Shown in pieces: positions 29,371-39,348 of a DNA stretch of 46,261 nt (positions are counted from its first letter, which is position 1; the number at the start of each line of letters is the position of its first letter). The notes under the pieces are model-generated. The model did no database searches, was not told where the DNA came from, and saw only the letters and a list, made by a program, of their open reading frames with translations. This DNA is from Candidatus Heimdallarchaeota archaeon (GTDB lineage: Archaea > Asgardarchaeota > Wukongarchaeia > Wukongarchaeales > JBHIFL01), in the NCBI GenBank assembly GCA_046761065.1, contig JBHIFL010000032.1, positions 1-46,261 on the forward strand, given 5' to 3'. The translations under genes and the position numbers were made by a program.

Positions 29371-30081
29371 CTAAAGTAGCTCTTGGAGCTCTTGGAGCGT
29401 CTCAACAATAAAATCCGGGTCTACAGGACAATCCCACTCACGCCGTTTAATGAGGATAGTTGTCATTCTTGCTGCCTTTGCGCCCTTGATATCAAGGTAA
29501 GTCTTATCTCCAATAAAGACACAGTCTTCTGGTCTTAGATTTAATCGTCTAGCCAACAAACGAAAGGAGTCCGGATCTGGTTTCGCCTTGATGCCCTCCT
29601 CCCCTGAAACAACAATTGCTTTAAACCATTTCCCTAATCCTGATAGCTTGATTCGTCGCCACTTCATCGCTTTCACATGATCTGTATCGGTAAGCAACCC
29701 TAATCGATAACCTTGCCCTTTTAAGTAACGTAAGGTGGACAGAGTATCCGGATATAATGCAGAACCTTTAATGAGCGACTCGAAATATTTTTCCGTAACG
29801 TGTGTAAAGAACTCTTTAGGGGGCAAACTTCTAGTTTTACGGCTAATCAGTAGCTTCCACCATTCATCCCGGTTATATTGACGCTTGCGATTCATAGCAT
29901 TCGCTATCTGCTCAATTTCTGTCCGTAGATGGTCTAGCTCATGTGAAATTCCTTTCTCGCACAAGAATTCTTGGATGAGCTTAGCAACCTCACTCCACGC
30001 TTTTTTTGCTCCGATATAACTGTCTAAAAGGGTTTCGTCAAAATCGAATAATACACCTTTTATCTCAATGAGCTTCTTCAT
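29371..30081 (-). CDS. HAD-superfamily hydrolase (subfamily IA)
   Basis: FDFDETL, LLTD, KPDP, FIGD...DIKGA..A.M. Confidence 0.92.
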   Translation of the reverse strand: MKKLIEIKGVLFDFDETLLDSYIGAKKAWSEVAKLIQEFLCEKGISHELDHLRTEIEQIANAMNRKRQYNRDEWWKLLISRKTRSLPPKEFFTHVTEKYFESLIKGSALYPDTLSTLRYLKGQGYRLGLLTDTDHVKAMKWRRIKLSGLGKWFKAIVVSGEEGIKAKPDPDSFRLLARRLNLRPEDCVFIGDKTYLDIKGAKAARMTTILIKRREWDCPVDPDFIVETLQELQELL

Positions 30082-30201
30082 TCCGAAATCTTCCTATCGT
30101 GTTCCAAATCAAAGCACATATAGCATCCCGGGGAAAGCTCTAATATCAACTTTCAGATATTGCCTTGGTGGTTCTTAAGTCCTTCCCTGGGTGTGGGATA
30201 C

Positions 30202-31692
30202 TTGAAGTTTCAGTTAAAGCGAGTGAAAATCGACACGTATCGAGAAGTCATCGCCTTTCTGCACAAAGAACAAACTACGGGCCCCGCGTTAGGGCTCCAT
30301 CCGTTGGATCGAGTGGAGCTGGCATGGGAGCAGAAGAAAATCCTCGCAGTCCTCAATATCACAGAGGAACCATTCCTCTCGAAGGATGAGGTGGGGTTAA
30401 GTGAATACGGGTTTCACCAGTTTGGAGCCCCAGAAGGGGCGGAGGTCGAAATTCGCCCAGCACCGCCCCCCTCTTCCGTAGAACTCATTAAAAAGAAAGT
30501 GTATGGCAACCCATTGACACCACCTGAGTATAAGAAGATTATCCAGGATATCGTAGCGGGACGGTACTCCAAAACCGAGTTGGCGGCCTTTGTCACTGCG
30601 TGCAGTGTGCATCGACTCCCGGATGGAGAAGTAGTAGCCTTGGCGGAAGCAATGGTCCAAACCGGGGAGGTCCTTAACTTCCACGAAGACCTTGTCGTGG
30701 ATAAGCATTCCATTGGGGGTGTTCCGGGGAATCGGACGACACTCATCTTGGTACCGATCATTGCCGCTTATGGCCTGCCCATTCCAAAAACCTCCTCCCG
30801 CGCAATCACCTCCCCGGCGGGGACCGCGGACACGGCGGAGGCCTTCGCGAATGTGGATCTGTCTCTCCAAACGATCTATGAGATTGTTCACCAAGAACGG
30901 GGCTGTTTCGTTTGGGGTGGGGCCCTTAAGTTAGCTCCTGCTGACGATATCATCATTTCCGTGGAACGTCCACTGAGTCTCGATTGTGAAGGTCAGATGA
31001 TCGCTTCCATTCTATCCAAAAAAAAGGCTGCAGGCTCAACCCACATTCTAATTGACATACCTGTGGGACTTGGCACAAAAGTCGAGCAAATGGAACGCGC
31101 CCAACACTTACTTGTTCGGTTTGAAAAAGTTGGGGCGCAATTAGGGCTTCAAGTGAAGGTAGTCTTTACCGATGGGTCGCAACCTATCGGGAATGGGATT
31201 GGTCCGGGGCTCGAAGCGCGAGACGTTCTGAAAGTGCTCCATAATGACCCTAATGCACCCCAAGACCTCAAAGAGAAAAGTCTCCTCTTGGCGGCTGAGA
31301 TTCTCACCTTCACCGGAGGCCTTGATTTGTGGGAGGCTAAAAAAATTACTCGTCGCATCTTAGAATCTGGTGAAGCGCTTGCCAAAATGGAACGGATCCG
31401 TGCACTCCAGGGTCCAAGAACCCTCCCTGAATTATCACCTTACCATCACGATGTTTGTGCAAGCCACAATGGGGTGATAACAGCGATCGGAAATCGTGAA
31501 ATTGCGCGTATTGCTCGACTTGCAGGCGCGCCGAAGAATAAGCGGGCCGGAGTTCTTCTCTTCAAAAAAGTTGGAGCTCAAATTGAGATCGGCGAGCCCA
31601 TTTTTCGAATATATGCCAGTAATCCAACTACCCTGAAGTTTGCAAGTCAATTCTGGGAAGAACATAAAGCTGCAATCCAAATATTCACGTAA
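30202..31692 (+). CDS. deoA: AMP phosphorylase / thymidine phosphorylase family protein
   Basis: DKHSIGGVPGNRTT, PKTSSRAITSPAGTAD, WGG..LAPADD, ASILSKK.AAGS, GIGP.LEA; start probably TTG 30202. Confidence 0.92.
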   Translation: MKFQLKRVKIDTYREVIAFLHKEQTTGPALGLHPLDRVELAWEQKKILAVLNITEEPFLSKDEVGLSEYGFHQFGAPEGAEVEIRPAPPPSSVELIKKKVYGNPLTPPEYKKIIQDIVAGRYSKTELAAFVTACSVHRLPDGEVVALAEAMVQTGEVLNFHEDLVVDKHSIGGVPGNRTTLILVPIIAAYGLPIPKTSSRAITSPAGTADTAEAFANVDLSLQTIYEIVHQERGCFVWGGALKLAPADDIIISVERPLSLDCEGQMIASILSKKKAAGSTHILIDIPVGLGTKVEQMERAQHLLVRFEKVGAQLGLQVKVVFTDGSQPIGNGIGPGLEARDVLKVLHNDPNAPQDLKEKSLLLAAEILTFTGGLDLWEAKKITRRILESGEALAKMERIRALQGPRTLPELSPYHHDVCASHNGVITAIGNREIARIARLAGAPKNKRAGVLLFKKVGAQIEIGEPIFRIYASNPTTLKFASQFWEEHKAAIQIFT

Positions 31693-31943
31693 AACCCCCA
31701 CTACTTCTTTTATCAAATACCCAATGGAACAGGTATTACCAAGAAAGTTCCGAGAGTTTAGCTCAGTTAAATATTAAATAAAAGAAATTTCTCCTAACAG
31801 GATGGCAGTCAAAGCGGAAAATATAAGTGGTAATTAACAAATGAGCCGGTTACTGAAGAGCTATATTTTAATTTGGGTGTCCAATACAATTTTAAGGAAC
31901 AATATGTGAAGGGGGAGAGTCTAATTTATAAGGGTTATTACCA

Positions 31944-33170
31944 GTGGACGAGCATTCGATTCGCTTTTTACATTTTGCGGATACTCATTTTGGCGTTAAT
32001 TATGCGTTAAAACCTAAGAATATTCAACGAAGAGCTTATGGGGAGTTATTCTTTCAAAAAGCGAAGGATATTATCGAAACCGCAATTTCAAAGCATAAAG
32101 TAGATTTCATTTTACACGCTGGAGATTTCTTCAACCGCAGCAAACCTCCTCCGTCAGTGATTGAGCGTGCAATGCAGCCCTTTTTACTTGCAGCTAAAAA
32201 TGAAATTCCTGTATATATTTTACCGGGGAATCATGAGCGGAGTAAACTTCCCCTTGGTCTAATAACTTATTATGATGACATCCATTTACTTACGAAGCCT
32301 TCATCCTATTGTTTTGAAAAATATGGGATTCGAATAAAGATCACAGGCTTTCCGCACATTAAACATGATGTCAAGAATAAAGTTGGGGCCACTTTAAGAC
32401 GGGCATGGTTCAATTACCATGGAAACGACCATATCCTGCCCCATTACTTTATCATGTTAACCCATCAACTCATCGAGGGCTCACGAATCGAGAGCTATAC
32501 TTTTCGAAGGGGCTATAATGTGGTTTTATTTCAACAGATTCCCAAAAAATTTCATTATGTAGTATGTGGACATGTCCACCGATTTCAATACCTCTTTAAA
32601 CCCCCAGGATTAGTTAGGGACTCTTCTATTGTACAATCCACTAATCGTTATTGGTCAATCCGACAAAAATGTTCAAAAAAGATATGGCAATTTAATGATG
32701 AACAAAAATTCACTTCTTCACGCTTCAAATATCCTGTTATTGCGTATTCTGGCTCTTTAGAACGGGTGTCGGTGGTGGAGAGAAATGAGCCAAAGGGATA
32801 TATTATTGGTAAACTGTACTTATCCGAACAGGGTGATAAAATTCAGATAGCTGAGTATTCTTTTCATCCATTATCAGCGATTGAAATGGTATATTGTGTT
32901 TGGGATCTCTCGAAGGTGTCAATCAATGAAGGTGTAGATCAATCAATAGAGAAACTTTATTCGATTAACTCCTCTAGTAACAATCCACGAATTAAAGAAA
33001 AGAGAGTATTATCCGCGGTTTTTCGAATAAAGATTTTGGGGAAATGGAAATCCTCCGCAGAAACGCTAGAAAAATTCGATTTTTTGAGACAAGAAGCAAA
33101 ACGCCTTAATATCTATCTGACTTTTTCTTACAATCCTAATCAGCATGAAGCGAAAAATTATATTCCATAA
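31944..33170 (+). CDS. Mre11/SbcD-like metallophosphoesterase (DNA repair exonuclease)
   Basis: ADTHFG, AGDFF, PGNHE, GHVHRFQ, YSGSLER, EPKGY. Confidence 0.88.
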   Translation: MDEHSIRFLHFADTHFGVNYALKPKNIQRRAYGELFFQKAKDIIETAISKHKVDFILHAGDFFNRSKPPPSVIERAMQPFLLAAKNEIPVYILPGNHERSKLPLGLITYYDDIHLLTKPSSYCFEKYGIRIKITGFPHIKHDVKNKVGATLRRAWFNYHGNDHILPHYFIMLTHQLIEGSRIESYTFRRGYNVVLFQQIPKKFHYVVCGHVHRFQYLFKPPGLVRDSSIVQSTNRYWSIRQKCSKKIWQFNDEQKFTSSRFKYPVIAYSGSLERVSVVERNEPKGYIIGKLYLSEQGDKIQIAEYSFHPLSAIEMVYCVWDLSKVSINEGVDQSIEKLYSINSSSNNPRIKEKRVLSAVFRIKILGKWKSSAETLEKFDFLRQEAKRLNIYLTFSYNPNQHEAKNYIP

Positions 33171-33239
33171 AAGAAAAGTAATGCGATCTTATAGGATATT
33201 GTCATCCATTATAAAATCCTAACCATCTTAGGCCCATTC

Positions 33240-33975
33240 TACCACCAATTGCCACACAACCTCTGTCACATAGGGTCGGATCATCAACAATCTAATCTAA
33301 CTTTCTTTTAGGATTCCAAGTTCGTGGACACCCTTTCATGTGAATAGTATCGTAACAGCTATACACCATTTGCCAGCTGCCTGTGCTGTCTTAGCTTGGA
33401 GGGCGAGTCTTCAATTACTAGGATTGTTCAGGCGGGACTTGCAAAACATCTGAAACCAAAAGGTAAATTTCTGTTCAGGTTTCTCGTGCTCCTCATCATC
33501 TAAACTTACAATGAAATCGAAAGCACCTGTCAACTCTTCGATCTCTATAATCCAGTTGATTTGAGCTTAACGGGACATTGTTGTCAAGTCTGTCTTGCCA
33601 TTCGTTTGTTTAACTTCCTCCAGTACAGTAAGATTATGTGGGCATCAATTTTAACGAATAACATCGGAATCAGCGAACATTGCATCGTATTGATTAAGTT
33701 GAACTTGCAATGAAAACTTGCCAAGGAAGTTTTACTCCAAACTCCGCCATTCATGGTCATAAGCTTTCTTCAAAATCGAAAATTGAATTATTGCCTCAGC
33801 TACCTCTCGTTTTTAATAGACCTAAGAATGATAGATATAAGCTTCTAAGACCTGATTCTTCCGGATGTTCATGTGGACAAAGCTCGATTGGTACCGTGGT
33901 AAATAGGAAAACATTTTAAGTTTTCCAGTCAACCCTTGCGTGCTATCAAGGTCAAAGATCATTGTTGGGATTATA
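33240..33975 (-). pseudogene. Degraded HAD phosphatase (beta-phosphoglucomutase-like, IA variant 3)
   Basis: Fragments across frames: MIFDLDST; NLTVLEEVK..TTMS; AFDFIVSLDDEEHEKPE; EIYLLVSDVLQVPPEQ; LVIEDSP; AQAAGKWCIAVT; IVDDP; many stops and frameshifts. Confidence 0.8.
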
Positions 33976-34109
33976 GTGGAACAGTCCTTAGCAGAAGGCT
34001 ATAAATCTGATGTTCGATTCTTTCATAACTAAATTTCATATTAAGTTAAATACTGTGTCCTTGAAAGGTATAAAAATATGAAAAGAGGATGCGTTGAATC
34101 CCAAAATTT

Positions 34110-35051
34110 TTATATTAAGCCCTTTCGTTTTGCATGCCAAATAGCGAGGCCAAACATAGCAACTATCCAAGTCCCGAAGAAAATTGATTGATAGATATTG
34201 AAAACAGACAAAGTTTTTTCCACGAATAAAATTAAAACCCAAACAAGTGAATAATCAAGGACAACATGACGTTTTTCTGACGTCACAAAATAGTACAGAG
34301 CCAGATTGATCAGAATCAGAATCATTGTAAAATATAACTGAAAAACATAACACAAGTAAAAACCTATGCTATAAAAGATCACTAGGAGGATCTGATAGAT
34401 ATAGTTGGCGCGATGGCGTCCTAAGCGTTGCACAGTATTCATATTATTCGTTTTGCTATCAACCTCAAAATCAACTAATTGATTGACTTGAATCTGGCCA
34501 ATTAATGAGACTAACAGGAGGAGGGATAGGGTTCCAGAAATGAACAGGTTGTTTCCAAACCAAGACCAGCCAAATAGATAGACATACCCTGCTATAATGA
34601 TGAACCCTTTCCACAATATAATAAAGACCCAATCCCAGATGATTCGGTCTCTAAAGCGAACGGGCGGGGCAGAGTAAAAGAATAATGCGGCATTAAACAA
34701 AATTATAATGAAGAGTGTGTTTAATGAGGCCAACGCATTCAGGATAATGCTTAACACCAAACTCATGTATAAAACCTGCTTCCCAAGTGTTTTCGTATCA
34801 GCAGAACAAAATACATTCCTTACTCTTTTCAGGGGATCTTTAAAATCCACCGAAACATCGTAAAAATCATTAACTACGAAGGCGAACACATTTCCAAAAA
34901 ACATGCCAAAAATTAGGACCAGATAGCCGAGATCAAATCCCATCATGTTATTCCAGAAAAGCCCTGATAACACTAACCCGGTGTTGACAGCAGCATTGCT
35001 AAATCTTAAATTCATTAATAATTGCATTGTCGACTTTTTGAGTTCTACCAA
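34110..35051 (-). CDS. UbiA-family prenyltransferase
   Basis: NDFYD..VD, FYSAPPVRFRD, NQLVDFEVD...N.NTV; multiple TM segments. Confidence 0.9.
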   Translation of the reverse strand: MVELKKSTMQLLMNLRFSNAAVNTGLVLSGLFWNNMMGFDLGYLVLIFGMFFGNVFAFVVNDFYDVSVDFKDPLKRVRNVFCSADTKTLGKQVLYMSLVLSIILNALASLNTLFIIILFNAALFFYSAPPVRFRDRIIWDWVFIILWKGFIIIAGYVYLFGWSWFGNNLFISGTLSLLLLVSLIGQIQVNQLVDFEVDSKTNNMNTVQRLGRHRANYIYQILLVIFYSIGFYLCYVFQLYFTMILILINLALYYFVTSEKRHVVLDYSLVWVLILFVEKTLSVFNIYQSIFFGTWIVAMFGLAIWHAKRKGLI

Positions 35052-35425
35052 TATTTAATACTCCTAGGAGCTGCAAGGAAGCAAACATGGCCTTATTCAT
35101 CACGTTCTCTAATTTTAATCTTGATGCTTCGTTTTCTTCGAAAAATCGAATATGAAGCGTGTCTAAGCCTGTTTCCTGTGTCAACGAATCTTTTCAGCTT
35201 ATATTTTTTTCCTTCTCAAGCATTTATATATTCAAGATGGATTACAATTTTCCGATTTAATTTCCCAGAACCTATTTCTATCGTCCCTGTCTTCAAATCT
35301 CTATCATCCTCTTTTCTATTCTAAAGGTCGATTCAATATTCATTTGTTGAACGATTTACGTCTTATTTATATGGTAATTGCCACTCGTTTTACTTTAAGA
35401 TGTGTTCTGTATCCTATATCCTTTC

Positions 35426-35668
35426 CTATCCGAACTGATTTCCCATGGCATATACTCCTCGAGCGTGATCAGGTCTATAACTCGTCAATCTCCCACATTT
35501 TGGACAATAGAGGGGGTTTTGTTTTTTTTGGCGTGCCTTATACCCAAAGTAGAGCCAACCACCAAGTCCAAACAGTGGGATTGTCAAAATTGCAAAGAGA
35601 AAGACTAACTTCTTATCTATTTGTATCGGATCTTCATAGACCATTTGACATCTGGCACAAATTCGCAT
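35426..35668 (-). CDS. Small Zn-ribbon membrane protein (CxxC - hydrophobic segment - CPxC; LITAF-like)
   Basis: MRICARCQ...LVFLFAILTIPLFGLGGWLYF...LYCPKCG. Confidence 0.7.
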   Translation of the reverse strand: MRICARCQMVYEDPIQIDKKLVFLFAILTIPLFGLGGWLYFGYKARQKKQNPLYCPKCGRLTSYRPDHARGVYAMGNQFG

Positions 35669-35767
35669 TTTACAATTCCTTCTAACAAGTATCAAGTCTT
35701 TTCAGAATCGAAGGTAGCTGGAGGCTTGTAAAAAAAGACTTTTATCTCAAAATAGATCGTCGCAAAC

Positions 35768-36364
35768 TTATTTTGCGGGTTTTTTCTTCACACGTTTTTT
35801 TGGTTCTTTCTTTGGTTCTTTCTCTTCTTCTTTTGGATGCTTCCAAGCTTCAATCCAGCGATCGATGCCTAATCCCGGCTGACGCATCGTTATTGCGGTG
35901 CGAATGTTACTACGATCCATAGAGATTGTAATGATCCGTGCCCGGAGGCGGTCCCCCACCCGTACAACATTCCCAGATTCCCGACCAACAAGTGACGTTT
36001 TTGATAAACTAAAGAAATCATCTGCGATTTGGGAGATGTGACAGAGAGCTTCGATACTCCCAATTCTAACGAAGGCTCCAAAGTCAGTTACTTCGGAGAC
36101 CTCTCCTTCGACAATTTCTTTAGTAACAGGTTTATATGCAATGACTGAGAGTCGAATCTGATGATAAGTTGCCCCATCTCCATGAACCAAGCGGCCCTGG
36201 CTAATTTCATTGACACTAGTTATTGCGAGAATCATGCCCAATTCGGGATCGATGGTTTCCTCGTAGGTTTCCCGACAGATATCGAGCACTACGGATTTGA
36301 GATCATCGTTAAAGCGGTTAGGGGGCACACGGACTATATCTTGGAGTTCCACGAGATAATACAC
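35768..36364 (-). CDS. rpoE1: DNA-directed RNA polymerase subunit E' (Rpo7)
   Basis: D.VRVPP..F, GDGATYH, VEGEV.EV.DFGAFVRIG, HISQI.DD, TMRQPGLG; GTG 36364 after a GGAGA SD. Confidence 0.97.
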   Translation of the reverse strand: MYYLVELQDIVRVPPNRFNDDLKSVVLDICRETYEETIDPELGMILAITSVNEISQGRLVHGDGATYHQIRLSVIAYKPVTKEIVEGEVSEVTDFGAFVRIGSIEALCHISQIADDFFSLSKTSLVGRESGNVVRVGDRLRARIITISMDRSNIRTAITMRQPGLGIDRWIEAWKHPKEEEKEPKKEPKKRVKKKPAK

Positions 36365-36891
36365 ACAAATCTCTCCTAAATCCCATATGAAGGGGTATAA
36401 ATAGCTTGGAAACACCACACTTCAAAACCAAAACCGAGCCAAGCCAAGCGTGGAGCGTGGGAGTATAAATCTTTTGTTTTTCCCTTTATAAAGAGAGGAA
36501 GGTTAAGAAGAAGGTGAAAATCCAATCTATTTTGTAACAAGGACATAATTAGTCTCAACACATCTGAGGAGTGAGAGGTGAAAGAATTTGTCAAGAAGAA
36601 AGGTCATAGAGGTAAACAATTGTGGGTATAAACGAAGAGAATGATCGTATGGAGTATTAATTGAGAGAATTCACAAGTTAACATAATATAAGTTTAACAT
36701 AGATTTTTTGATACTAGTAATTATAAAAAGAGTATTTATGGAATTAATCATTGCTGCAAGAATTCAAACAAGATTTCGGCTTTTGAATGCGTAAGACATT
36801 CGGATGTGAGTTTAATATTCCCTTTTCCTAGATTTGAATTTTATTGATATCCTCTTAACATTTAAATTTGGTAAATATAACTTTTTTTACT

Positions 36892-37503
36892 ATGAAAAAT
36901 GAAAAACTCGAGCAGATGATTTATTCCATATGTGGAATTCTAAATCATAATTTTCATTTTCAAAACGTCAACAAAGAATTAGAGGGTCTGAGTAGGTTTT
37001 TACGCTTTAATAAGGTCAAAATCAACTCTGCACTTGATGTAGGTTGTGGCAATGGCCATATAACTGAAGAATTGAGAAAAATTTTAGGGTTGAATGAAAT
37101 TTATGGATTGGATTTGAATAAAAGGGTTTTAGAACAAGCTAAATGTTTAGGGATTAAAACAATACACGGAGATATGAGTTCCATTAATATAAATGCCCAG
37201 TATGATTTAGTCATTTCTTACGGTTCTTTACACCACTCTAAAAACATAGAAAATTTCATTAGGAATTTAAAGAAATTAAGTAGTAAGTATATACTTATTG
37301 TTGATAATACTGTAAGAGACATCTTTGTTCATAAGATAACCGGTTCCCGATATTTTCCCCTTGAACCCTCACCATTTTCAATACGAAGTAGAGAAGAAAT
37401 TATCAGAGCTATAACAAAGGTTGGTTGTGAAATAGTGGCTATGCAGACAAATTTCAATGCAAATATTTGGCATGATAGAAGCTTTATCTTAACCACAAAT
37501 TAA
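36892..37503 (+). CDS. Class I SAM-dependent methyltransferase
   Basis: ALDVGCGNG, YGLD, GDM, YDLV.S..SLHH; very AT-rich. Confidence 0.9.
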   Translation: MKNEKLEQMIYSICGILNHNFHFQNVNKELEGLSRFLRFNKVKINSALDVGCGNGHITEELRKILGLNEIYGLDLNKRVLEQAKCLGIKTIHGDMSSININAQYDLVISYGSLHHSKNIENFIRNLKKLSSKYILIVDNTVRDIFVHKITGSRYFPLEPSPFSIRSREEIIRAITKVGCEIVAMQTNFNANIWHDRSFILTTN

Positions 37504-37739
37504 TTTCAAGTTATTAACTTTGCTGTTATAACGTGTTCTGTGCCAAATAAACGCCACAGTATAAAAAAACGCCGTTGATTCTTATTCTAATGATCCACAA
37601 GACGTGATTAATTCCTTAGAAGATGGGAGCAAGTAGAAATCCTGGGTAGACCAAATAATGGGTGGAGTGTGTTAGTTAAAATCAGATTGATATACTATGT
37701 ATGTGGATTATAGGTGATCAAAAAGAGGACCAGTTCGAA

Positions 37740-37763
37740 CGATATGTATTTTAATTCATATCG
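37740..37763. promoter_or_regulatory. ModE-box-like palindrome CGATATGTA-N6-TTCATATCG upstream of moaAC
   Basis: 9-6-9 inverted repeat (8/9 arm positions pair) resembling the ModE consensus CGNTATATA-N6-TATATANCG, about 155 bp before moaA. Confidence 0.55.
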
Positions 37764-37918
37764 GTATAAGATTCCCCTAGAGCAAACTTCAAAGCACGGA
37801 TGTTTTTGTTGAGCATTTCCAAGATCCTGAAGCTGGACAGCATAGAAACGGTCGATATAAGTCTTAAAAGCCAAGTAGAGAGTGTCTAAGATAGAATCAA
37901 TCTTTGGTTGGTGATCAT

Positions 37919-38824
37919 ATGGATAGATGTACCGTCACGAGGGCAAGTGAACATGGAACACTTGTTGATCCATTTAGACGAATAATCACTCATTTACGAC
38001 TGAGTGTTACAAGTCGCTGCAATCTAACCTGCCCTTACTGTCATAAGGAAGGCCATGAGGTCCAGAGTGGGGAACTATCCCGTGACCATATCACTGAGGT
38101 GGTACAGGTCTGCGCAGCTCGGGGGATCACTACTGTGAAGCTCACCGGGGGGGAACCTTTGCTTCGGGAAGATATCGTGGAAATCATAAGGGACATTGCG
38201 ACGACACCAGGGATTAGTGAAGTATCCTTAACCACAAATGGAGTGCTGCTCGAGAAACTAGCCGAGCCATTGAAGCGCGCGGGGCTTGCGCGGGTCAACA
38301 TCGGCTGTGATTCATTATCTAGTTCAATCTTAGCAAAGAATGTGAAACAGATTGCAAAGGGGTTGGAAGTGGCAAAGCAGCTCGGGTTTGATCCGATCAA
38401 ACTAAACATGGTGGTGCTCAAAGGCATCAATGAACACGAAATCGAACCCATGATCCAATTTACCCAGCAACAGGGGGTGATCTTGCAGTTAATTGAATTG
38501 ATCGACACTGGGAGTGAGTTTTTTAGGAACCACTTTGTTTCATTAGAGGAAATTGAACGAAAACTGGTGGGTCGCGCTTGGAAGATCGAGACGCGGCGGA
38601 TGCAGGCGAGGAAGCAATATTATATTAAACGGGGGATTGTTGAGGTAGTTCGCTCATTGCATAATAAGGACTTTTGTAGAAACTGTAACAAGATCCGAGT
38701 AACGAGCGATGGGTTCTTCAAGCCGTGTTTGATGCGGGAAGATAATCTGGTGTCGATTAAGAAGGTAGGGGCAGAAGTAGGGCTGCATCTTGCGGTAGAG
38801 CAACGGAGGCCATTTTATGGTTGA
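37919..38824 (+). CDS. moaA: GTP 3',8-cyclase (molybdenum cofactor biosynthesis protein A)
   Basis: D.F.R....LRLSVT..CNLTCPYCH, TGGEPL, TTNG, KLNMV, FCRNCNKIRVT.DG..KPCL. Confidence 0.96.
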   Translation: MDRCTVTRASEHGTLVDPFRRIITHLRLSVTSRCNLTCPYCHKEGHEVQSGELSRDHITEVVQVCAARGITTVKLTGGEPLLREDIVEIIRDIATTPGISEVSLTTNGVLLEKLAEPLKRAGLARVNIGCDSLSSSILAKNVKQIAKGLEVAKQLGFDPIKLNMVVLKGINEHEIEPMIQFTQQQGVILQLIELIDTGSEFFRNHFVSLEEIERKLVGRAWKIETRRMQARKQYYIKRGIVEVVRSLHNKDFCRNCNKIRVTSDGFFKPCLMREDNLVSIKKVGAEVGLHLAVEQRRPFYG

Positions 38825-39263
38825 GATGGTAGATATTTCCAAAAAACCCCTCTTATTCCGGATGGCAGCCGCGATGGGGGTGATTATGCTTAAACCAGAA
38901 ACCCTTACAAAGATACGGGAGAGGCAGATCAAGAAAGGGGATCCTTTCACCATTGCAGGTATCGCAGCGACGAACGCAGTAAAGAAAACTCCAGACCTAA
39001 TCCCGTTATGCCATCAGGTCCCTATTACGGATGTCAAGTCGGAATTCACCTGCAAAGAGGACCGGGTCGAGGTGCGAGTAACAGTGAAATCGGTGGGGCA
39101 GACGGGGGTCGAAATGGAGGCACTAATAGGCGTTTGCACCGCATTGGCGACGGTATGGGATATGGTTAAGTACTTAGAAAAGGATAAACGGGGGCAATAC
39201 CCAACCACATCAATTTCGCAAATTCGGGTGACCCAAAAAATAAAGGTTGATCTAGGATCCTGA
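38817..39263 (+). CDS. moaC: Cyclic pyranopterin monophosphate synthase
   Basis: MVDISKK, KKGD, LIPLCH, TGVEMEAL, WDMVK. Confidence 0.96.
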   Translation: MVEMVDISKKPLLFRMAAAMGVIMLKPETLTKIRERQIKKGDPFTIAGIAATNAVKKTPDLIPLCHQVPITDVKSEFTCKEDRVEVRVTVKSVGQTGVEMEALIGVCTALATVWDMVKYLEKDKRGQYPTTSISQIRVTQKIKVDLGS

Positions 39264-39348
39264 TAACTTCATTCATAGAAAAAAGGGCTACTTAACACAC
39301 CTATCCGTTTTGGTGTGCCATGGTAGCTACATCTTTTGAACAAAATGA

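Noticed and set aside
31748-31830. TAGCTCAG tRNA D-arm-like word (also GTTCGA near 15030)
   Set aside because: No cloverleaf, acceptor stem or matching T-arm.
36677-36703. XerD-arm-like TTAACATAA words
   Set aside because: The two words are in direct rather than inverted orientation and lie in very AT-rich DNA; not a dif architecture.
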